Source: Clostridia bacterium
Lineage (GTDB): Bacteria > Actinomycetota > Actinomycetes > Mycobacteriales > Mycobacteriaceae
Length of the DNA stretch: 64,000 nucleotides
Direction of reading: 5' to 3'
Assembly: GCA_963623015.1 (NCBI GenBank)
Contig: CAVFKS010000002.1
Coordinates: 7-64,006, forward strand
A model generated the notes under the pieces. That model ran no database searches. It was not told the DNA's origin and saw nothing but the letters and a program-made list of their open reading frames with translations. Shown here piece after piece: positions 57,839 to 64,000 of the stretch (positions within the stretch are counted from its first letter, which is position 1; every line of letters starts with the position of its first letter). A program made the position numbers and the translations under genes.

Positions 57839-58951
57839 TTAGGCCCCGCGGCGGCGCAGGCGGCGCAGCAGGTCCAAGATTTGCGGCAGGTAGCCGGCCA
57901 CGACGAGCACGACGATGAGGCGGACGACCTGGACGGCCACGACGGCCGGGCCGGCCCCGCCCTCGGCCGAGAGCGCCAGTACGGTCTCCAGCGCGCCTGG
58001 GGAGGTGGCCAGGTAGGCCTCGAAGTAGGTGATGTTAAGCCACCACGTCAGCGGCCATGCGGTGAGCGCGCCCGTGCCGATGACCGCGAGGATGAAGGCG
58101 ATGGTGGCCAGCAGCTGCCGGGCGAAGGCCCGCAGCGCCGGCACGGATAGTCCGCCGCCGCACACCCACCCGATGGACATGAAGGCCAGCACCTGGAAGG
58201 CGTAGTGGGGCTCTAAGGAATAGCCAGCGGGCAGCACCGCGGAGACTGCAACAGTGAGCACCAGGGGGCCGAGCACCGCCGCGGCCGGCAGGCGCAGCAG
58301 GCGGCCTATGCGCTCACCCACCAGGGCAATTGCCACGGTGAGCAGCACCAGCCACCAGGTGGTATCCGTGTTCCCGAAGGCGGCCAGCCAGTCCGGCAGG
58401 CCGCTTTCTGCAGCCTCTGCCCCCACCGTGCCGCGCGTGCCGCCGCCCGGGGCGTTAAGCAGCGCCACGACCATAGGCAGCGACATCGACACCGCCAGCA
58501 GGCGCAGGTACTGCGTCAGCGCGACGTAGCGATAGTCCGCGCCCAGCTGCGAGGCCAGCGCCGGCATGAGCGAGGCGCCGCCGGGCAGCATGGACATGAT
58601 GCCGGTCTCCCAGGAGATGGACTTCGGCTGCGTGCGGTGGAGCAGCATGCCGCCGATCATGCCGATGCCGACCGTGACGAAGGAGACCGCCAGCGCCGCC
58701 GGCAGGAAGCCCGCCAGGGTGGCCGCCGGAACGGCGGTCAGCGGCAGGCCGGCGAGCATACCGATGAAGCCGCGGGCCAGCGAGTAGAAGCGCCGGCCCA
58801 CGGGTAGCTCCTCTCCCGTGGTCAGCGCCATCGCCGCGGAGACGATGATGGCCGCCAGGATCCAGGCGGCCGGGACCCCCAGCGCGGTCAAGGCGGCGCC
58901 GAGCGCGAGCGAGCCGGGCGCCACGATGGCCCAACGTAGACGAGGTGACAT
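57839..58951 (-). CDS. AbrB-family (ammonia monooxygenase-like) membrane protein
   Basis: Duplicated domain with LPGGAS...QYLRL and SPGALE...QVVRL motifs. Confidence 0.88.
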   Translation of the reverse strand: MSPRLRWAIVAPGSLALGAALTALGVPAAWILAAIIVSAAMALTTGEELPVGRRFYSLARGFIGMLAGLPLTAVPAATLAGFLPAALAVSFVTVGIGMIGGMLLHRTQPKSISWETGIMSMLPGGASLMPALASQLGADYRYVALTQYLRLLAVSMSLPMVVALLNAPGGGTRGTVGAEAAESGLPDWLAAFGNTDTTWWLVLLTVAIALVGERIGRLLRLPAAAVLGPLVLTVAVSAVLPAGYSLEPHYAFQVLAFMSIGWVCGGGLSVPALRAFARQLLATIAFILAVIGTGALTAWPLTWWLNITYFEAYLATSPGALETVLALSAEGGAGPAVVAVQVVRLIVVLVVAGYLPQILDLLRRLRRRGA

Positions 58952-58973
58952 ACCTGGGAGTTTAATGATGATC

Positions 58974-59750
58974 ATGGACATCGGAATGGGCACCCTGGGG
59001 GTATTGCTGGCGGGCTCGGCGTTCGCGGGCTGGATCGATGCCGTCATCGGCGGCGGGGGCCTGGTGCTCATCCCGCTGATTATGGCGCTGTGCCCGCAGC
59101 TGGCCCCGGCCGCGGTGCTGGCCACCAACAAGGTCGCCGCCGTGACCGGCACCGCCTCCGCCGCTTTCACCCTGGCCCGCAAGGTCCGCCCGCCCGCCGG
59201 GGAGCTGGTGCGCTACGGGATAGTCGCCGCGGCGTGCTCTGCTGGTGGCGCGCTGGCGGCCTCCGCGCTCGATACCGCGGTGATGCGCCCGCTCATCATC
59301 GTGCTCATGCTCGCCGTGGGCGTCTTCGTGGCCTTCAAGCCGGACTTTGGCGCGGGCGAGGACGCCGGCAACCACAGCCGCGGCCGGGTGCTGGCCGCGG
59401 GCCTGGCGGTGGCGGCCGTCGCCTTCTATGACGGCATCTTCGGCCCCGGCACCGGCATGTTCCTCATCATGGCGTTTACGGCGATCTTCTCCCAGAACTT
59501 CCTGCGCTCGGCGGCGATGGCCAAGGTGGTCAACACGTGCACCAACCTGGGCGCGCTGGCTACCTTCATCGCCGGCGGGCACGTGCTGTGGGGCCTGGCG
59601 CTAGCCCTGGCCGCCGCCAACATTATCGGCGCCCAGCTCGGCGCGCGCACCGTGCTCGGCGGCGGCACGAAGCTCATCCGCTATGCCCTGCTGGGCCTGG
59701 TCGTCGTGATGAGCGCCTACCTGTCCTGGCAGCAGTGGGGCGGGGCCTAG
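58974..59750 (+). CDS. TauE/SafE (TSUP) family sulfite exporter
   Basis: AGWIDAVIGGGGL, ATNK, FYDGIFGPGTG, AKVVN. Confidence 0.92.
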   Translation: MDIGMGTLGVLLAGSAFAGWIDAVIGGGGLVLIPLIMALCPQLAPAAVLATNKVAAVTGTASAAFTLARKVRPPAGELVRYGIVAAACSAGGALAASALDTAVMRPLIIVLMLAVGVFVAFKPDFGAGEDAGNHSRGRVLAAGLAVAAVAFYDGIFGPGTGMFLIMAFTAIFSQNFLRSAAMAKVVNTCTNLGALATFIAGGHVLWGLALALAAANIIGAQLGARTVLGGGTKLIRYALLGLVVVMSAYLSWQQWGGA

Positions 59751-59787
59751 AGCCATCGATCCCCCGCGCGAGCTAATGCTCGCCCGC

Positions 59788-62115
59788 CTACTTGTGGCTG
59801 GCGCGCTTGGTGCGCGCCGTCGCCGGCGCAGTCCACGGATCCTCGGGCCAGGGGTGCTTGGGGTAGCGCCCGCGCATCTCGGAGCGGACCTGGGCATAGG
59901 GCCCGGCCCAGAAGCTGGCCAGATCGTCGGTGACCGCCAGCGGGCGGCCGGCGGGGGAGAGCAGGTGGAATTGCACCCGGTGCCCGCAGTACTCGGGCGA
60001 TTCCGCCAGCCCGAAGCATTCCTGCAGCTTGATGGCCACCACCGGGCGATCCCCGGACCAGTCGATGCGGGCGTCGCGCCCCGAGGGCACCGGCAGGCGC
60101 TGCGGCGCCAGTTCGTCCAGGCGGGCGGCCTCCGGCCAGGGCAGCAGGCGCTGCAGCGCCGGGTACATGTCCACCTTGGCCGCCGGGGTGCCATCCGCGA
60201 TGGCGCGCAGCTCCGGGCCCAGCCAGGTCTCCGGGTCGAGGCCGCCGCCGTCTAGGTCCGGCCAGGGCGCACCATAGGCGGCGTGCAGGTGCCGCAGGCG
60301 ATCCCTTAAGTTCTGGGCCTTGTCGCTGAAGGTGAACATGCCCAGGCCGCGCTCGCGCACGCCGGCGGCCAGCGCCGCGGCGGCATCGGCACCACGCACC
60401 TGCACCGGCGTCTCGGTCAGCACGATGGCCCCGGCGGACTTGACCCGCAGGCCGCGGACCTTGCCGCCGTCCAGGAAGGCGCGGGTCTCCTCCTGCACGC
60501 CGATGGCGCCTAGAGCATCAGGCTCATCGATGCGCGCGGCCGCCCGAATAATGGCGTTGCCCGCCTGTGACAAGGAGACATCTGAAATCGCCAGCCACGG
60601 CGCGCCGCTTAGACCGGTGCCCTCCGGCAGGCGCGCTCGGGTGCCCGAGGCCAATAGGTAGTCATGGCCGCCGGCGGTGTCCTGCAGGCGGGCGACCTGC
60701 TCGGGGAAGGCCGCCGCCACGACTGGTCCGGGCTCTGCCGGGCCGTGGTCGGGCACCAGGCGGGCCAGGCGCTCGACCTCCCTGCGTGGGGGACGGGCGC
60801 GCGCGACATCACCGCGGGCATCGTCTAGCGCCGCGATGGTGCCTGCCGCCTGTGAGCCGTAGCGCAGCAGCGCTGCGCCCGCCCGAGGATCGGTGGGCAG
60901 GGCGGCCAGCTCCGCGGCGCGCTGGCCGGTAGCGCCCAAGGAATCCAGCACCCGGTGCGCGTCCGCCAAAGCCGTAGCGGGCGGCGCATCCAGCAGCGGG
61001 AAATCGGGGCCCGCGCCCCAGCAGCGCAGGAAGAGTGCGGCCTGGGTGAGATCGGCGCTCAGAATCTCCGGCGGGATATGCGCCGGAAAGTGCAGGTAGT
61101 CGTCCTGCGAGTAGCAGCGATACACGGTGCCGGGGGCCTCACGCCCGGCACGGCCGGCCCGCTGATCCGCACTCGAGCGCGACGCGGAGACCGTCACCAG
61201 GCCCGACATGCCGCGCTGGGCATCGCGCCGCGGGGTCCGGGCCAGGCCCGCGTCCACCACCGCGCGCACGCCGGGCACCGTCAGGGAGGACTCCGCGATG
61301 GAGGTGGCCACCACCACGCGCGGGCCCGGCGCATAGAGCGCGGCATCCTGATCCCGGTTGTCCTGCTGCCCGTGCAGCGGCAGCGCCGTGATGCCGCCTG
61401 CCTCCAGCGCGCCGGTGACCTGTTGGACCTCCCGCACACCCGGCACGAAGACCAGCACGGAGCCGCCCCCGTGTGCCTGCTCGCTCTCGAAGGCGCGCCG
61501 GGCCACGTCGGCCACGTGCGCATAGAACTCGCGGGTGCCGGCCGCGCGGCCGGCGGCGGGGCAGTAGTGGGTCTCCACCGGGTGCGTGACCGCCTCTGTG
61601 GTGTGGATGGGGGCATCGAGCAGATCCGCAAAACGCTCGGCGTCGACGGTGGCGGACATGGCGATGACCCGGAAGTCCTCGCGCAGCTGGGCAAGCTCCA
61701 GGCACATGCCCAGCACCAGATCGCTGTCGAGCTGGCGCTCGTGGACCTCGTCGATGGCCACGGCGGCCACCCCGTCGAGGCCCGGGTCCTTGAGCAGCCG
61801 GCGCAGCAGCACGCCCGGCGTCATAAACTCCACGTCCCGGCCGGCGCGGTGGGCCCCGCGCATGGAGTAGCCAATCTGCTGGCCGCTCAAATCCTGCAGG
61901 CGGTTGGCCGCCGCGCGCACGGCCACGCGCCGCGGGGCGGTGACTAGCACCTTGCCGCCGCCACTGCGCGCGGCCTGGTTGGCCAGCGCCGGCGGCACCA
62001 AGGTGGTCTTGCCCGTGCCCGGCGGGGCCTGAACTACCACGTTGCCGGTATCCGGCAGCGTGTTGATGGTGGCCGCGACCGGCAGGCCCGCCCCGATTGC
62101 CTCTAAGTCAAACAT
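59788..62115 (-). CDS. hrpB: ATP-dependent RNA helicase HrpB
   Basis: APPGTGKTT, DEVHER, MSAT, QRAGRAGR, LLSPAGRPLAVTDDL, GRYPKHPWPEDP. Confidence 0.95.
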   Translation of the reverse strand: MFDLEAIGAGLPVAATINTLPDTGNVVVQAPPGTGKTTLVPPALANQAARSGGGKVLVTAPRRVAVRAAANRLQDLSGQQIGYSMRGAHRAGRDVEFMTPGVLLRRLLKDPGLDGVAAVAIDEVHERQLDSDLVLGMCLELAQLREDFRVIAMSATVDAERFADLLDAPIHTTEAVTHPVETHYCPAAGRAAGTREFYAHVADVARRAFESEQAHGGGSVLVFVPGVREVQQVTGALEAGGITALPLHGQQDNRDQDAALYAPGPRVVVATSIAESSLTVPGVRAVVDAGLARTPRRDAQRGMSGLVTVSASRSSADQRAGRAGREAPGTVYRCYSQDDYLHFPAHIPPEILSADLTQAALFLRCWGAGPDFPLLDAPPATALADAHRVLDSLGATGQRAAELAALPTDPRAGAALLRYGSQAAGTIAALDDARGDVARARPPRREVERLARLVPDHGPAEPGPVVAAAFPEQVARLQDTAGGHDYLLASGTRARLPEGTGLSGAPWLAISDVSLSQAGNAIIRAAARIDEPDALGAIGVQEETRAFLDGGKVRGLRVKSAGAIVLTETPVQVRGADAAAALAAGVRERGLGMFTFSDKAQNLRDRLRHLHAAYGAPWPDLDGGGLDPETWLGPELRAIADGTPAAKVDMYPALQRLLPWPEAARLDELAPQRLPVPSGRDARIDWSGDRPVVAIKLQECFGLAESPEYCGHRVQFHLLSPAGRPLAVTDDLASFWAGPYAQVRSEMRGRYPKHPWPEDPWTAPATARTKRASHK

Positions 62116-62116
62116 C

Positions 62117-62827
62117 CTAGGACGCGGAGTCTCCCACCTCGTCACCGGCAGCCGCGCCGGCGTCCTGGCCCGCGGCATAGCCTTCCACCGGGCCGTCCAG
62201 GTCGGCGCGCTCCCAGCGGGAGGCATCGTCTAGCTGGCGCACCACGCGCCCCGGCTGGCCAAGTAACAGGGAATTGTCCGGCACGTCGCGGGTGACCAGG
62301 GTGCAGGCCCCGATGACGCAGTTTTCCCCGATGGTCACGCCCGGCATGACGGTGACGTTGGCGCCGAACCAGGTGTTGCGGCCCACGGTAATCGGGCGGG
62401 CGATCTCCCAGCCGCCCGCGCGCATCTCATGGTCGTTGACGGGGTGGCCCACCGTGATGAGCGAGCAGTTCGGCCCGATCATCACGCCATCGCCCAGCGT
62501 GACCGGGGCTTGGGCCAGGATGGTGGCGTTGAAGTTGATGAAGACGTTCTTGCCTACGTGCAGGTTGCGCGCGTATTCGATAGCCACCGGCGTGTGCAGG
62601 CCGAAGACCTCGGAGTCTTCCGGCAAAAGCTCCCGCAGCAACTCCGCGGTGCGCTTCGGGTCAGTATTTCCCAGTTTGTTCAGCTCGCGCACGAGCCTAA
62701 AGCCGCGCGCGTGTTCGCCCGCGACCTCCTCGGTCACGCCCGGCAGGTGCCAGCTGCCCCCTGTCATCTGCTCCCAGGTACCAAACTGCGAAAGATCCAT
62801 GCCCGCCATCCTATCCATGCCCGTCAT
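62117..62827 (-). CDS. maa: Maltose/galactoside O-acetyltransferase (exact start uncertain)
   Basis: EQMTGG, EYARN, hexapeptide repeats, PGVTIGENCVIGA. Confidence 0.85.
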   Translation of the reverse strand: MTGMDRMAGMDLSQFGTWEQMTGGSWHLPGVTEEVAGEHARGFRLVRELNKLGNTDPKRTAELLRELLPEDSEVFGLHTPVAIEYARNLHVGKNVFINFNATILAQAPVTLGDGVMIGPNCSLITVGHPVNDHEMRAGGWEIARPITVGRNTWFGANVTVMPGVTIGENCVIGACTLVTRDVPDNSLLLGQPGRVVRQLDDASRWERADLDGPVEGYAAGQDAGAAAGDEVGDSAS

Positions 62828-62903
62828 CCTACGGGTGCGCTGCTATTCTCAACCCAGCGCGTGCGCCGGCGCGCGGCACACAGACCGGCAGGAGGGAGGC
62901 ATC

Positions 62904-63599
62904 ATGCTCGTGGGACTGCTGGCGGTGTGGGCCATGGTGTTGGTGGTGCCCGGCCCAGACGTGCTGCAGACCTTCCGCGTGGCCTTGTATTCCTTCCGCT
63001 CTGGCCTGGCGTGCGCCACCGGCATCGCGGCGGGAACCGCGGTGTGGATCACCGCGAGCCTGGCCGGCATGTCCGCCCTGGTCCAGCGCCACCCCGGGGC
63101 CTTGGGCTTCCTCCAGCTCGCCGGCGGGGCCTACCTGCTCTACCTGGGAATCTCCGCTGTCACCGGCTTCCTCAAGGCCCGCCGCGCCCAGCGCGCTACC
63201 GCTGCCGATGCCCCGCCTGCCGATGCCGCCACACCACAGCTCACCCCATCGCCCGAGTCCGCAGCACCCGCCGCGGAGCGGTTTACGCTGCGCCGGGCCT
63301 TCGGCTTAGGGCTGGCCACCAACTTGTCCAACCCGAAGGCGTTGTTGTTCTTCGGGGCGGCGTTCGCGCAGTTTCTGCGCCCGGATAGCCCGGTGGTGCT
63401 CATTGGGGCGGCCATGCTGGCTATGTCTTGGTCCTGGTTTAGCCTGCTGGCGGCGCTGGTGCACACGGCCGCCCGCTGGGTCGGGCGTTACTCCGCGGTC
63501 ATCGATGCCGCCGCGGGCGTACTCTTCGCCGCGCTGGGTGTCTCCCTGCTCGTCGAGGGTAGTTTCGCGGTCGCCGCGCTGGCGGGCGCCGGCGGGTAG
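62904..63599 (+). CDS. LysE/RhtB family amino acid exporter
   Basis: VPGPD, GGAYLLYLG, TNLSNPKALLFF. Confidence 0.92.
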   Translation: MLVGLLAVWAMVLVVPGPDVLQTFRVALYSFRSGLACATGIAAGTAVWITASLAGMSALVQRHPGALGFLQLAGGAYLLYLGISAVTGFLKARRAQRATAADAPPADAATPQLTPSPESAAPAAERFTLRRAFGLGLATNLSNPKALLFFGAAFAQFLRPDSPVVLIGAAMLAMSWSWFSLLAALVHTAARWVGRYSAVIDAAAGVLFAALGVSLLVEGSFAVAALAGAGG

Positions 63600-63609
63600 T
63601 GTGGGGCCC

Positions 63610-63948
63610 ATGATTTTCACCACCACCAATAACGTCGATGGCTACCAGATCACCCAGTACATCCGCGTCATCGCGGGGGAGACCGTCACTGGCATCAACT
63701 TCCTCAAGGACATCGGGGCGAGCTTCCGTTCCTTTACCGGCGGGCGCTCTGCCGGCTATGAGGAGGAGGCCGTCAAGGCCCGGGAGGCCGCGCTCAATGA
63801 GCTGTGGAACCGCGGCCAGGAGCTGGGCGCCGACGGCGTGGTGGGAATCTCCTTTGATTACTCGCCGATGGGCGCCTCCAATGACATGCTGCTGGTCACC
63901 GCCACCGGGACCGCGGTCAAGCTGACCCCGCAGGCCTCTGTAGACTAG
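63610..63948 (+). CDS. YbjQ/UPF0145 family protein
   Basis: MIFTTTNNVDG, GGRSAGYE, LGADGVVG, ATGTAVKL. Confidence 0.93.
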   Translation: MIFTTTNNVDGYQITQYIRVIAGETVTGINFLKDIGASFRSFTGGRSAGYEEEAVKAREAALNELWNRGQELGADGVVGISFDYSPMGASNDMLLVTATGTAVKLTPQASVD

Positions 63949-63952
63949 CCGC

Positions 63953-64000
63953 ATGCTGGAAGTTTCGATTCAGGGTGAATCCATCAAGTTAGGCCAGTTC
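63953..64000 (+). CDS. Partial RNA-binding S4 domain protein (YaaA-like)
   Basis: MLEVSIQGESIKLGQF... runs off the window. Confidence 0.7.
   Translation, partial: MLEVSIQGESIKLGQF

Overview
High-GC Corynebacterium chromosome segment just downstream of the origin region. Core order: gyrA, DUF3566, tRNA-Ile/Ala/Ala, ppiA, crgA-pknB-pknA-pbpA-rodA-ppp-fhaB-fhaA, tRNA-Leu, bioB-bsaP, amn, cysR, hrpB. Accessory content: an McbR-boxed metF-metE operon, an iron ABC transporter, a C50 carotenoid (crt) cluster, and a ~14 kb iron/heme locus (htaA-hmuTUV, two more HtaA-domain genes, hmuO, ftn) with many DtxR-like boxes. Three short low-GC islands (12.4-14.1, 23.8-24.8, 33.7-35.0 kb) carry toxin/antitoxin, bacteriocin-like and Abi-like genes, partly decayed. 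The two most striking unannotated signals are (1) a candidate DtxR-repressed ~110-nt structured sRNA at ~46.9-47.0 kb with its own SigA-type promoter and terminator, and (2) a dense cluster of at least 12 DnaA boxes at ~11.9-12.3 kb with no dnaA/dnaN next to it. All calls come from reading the sequence and recalled family motifs; no searches were run.
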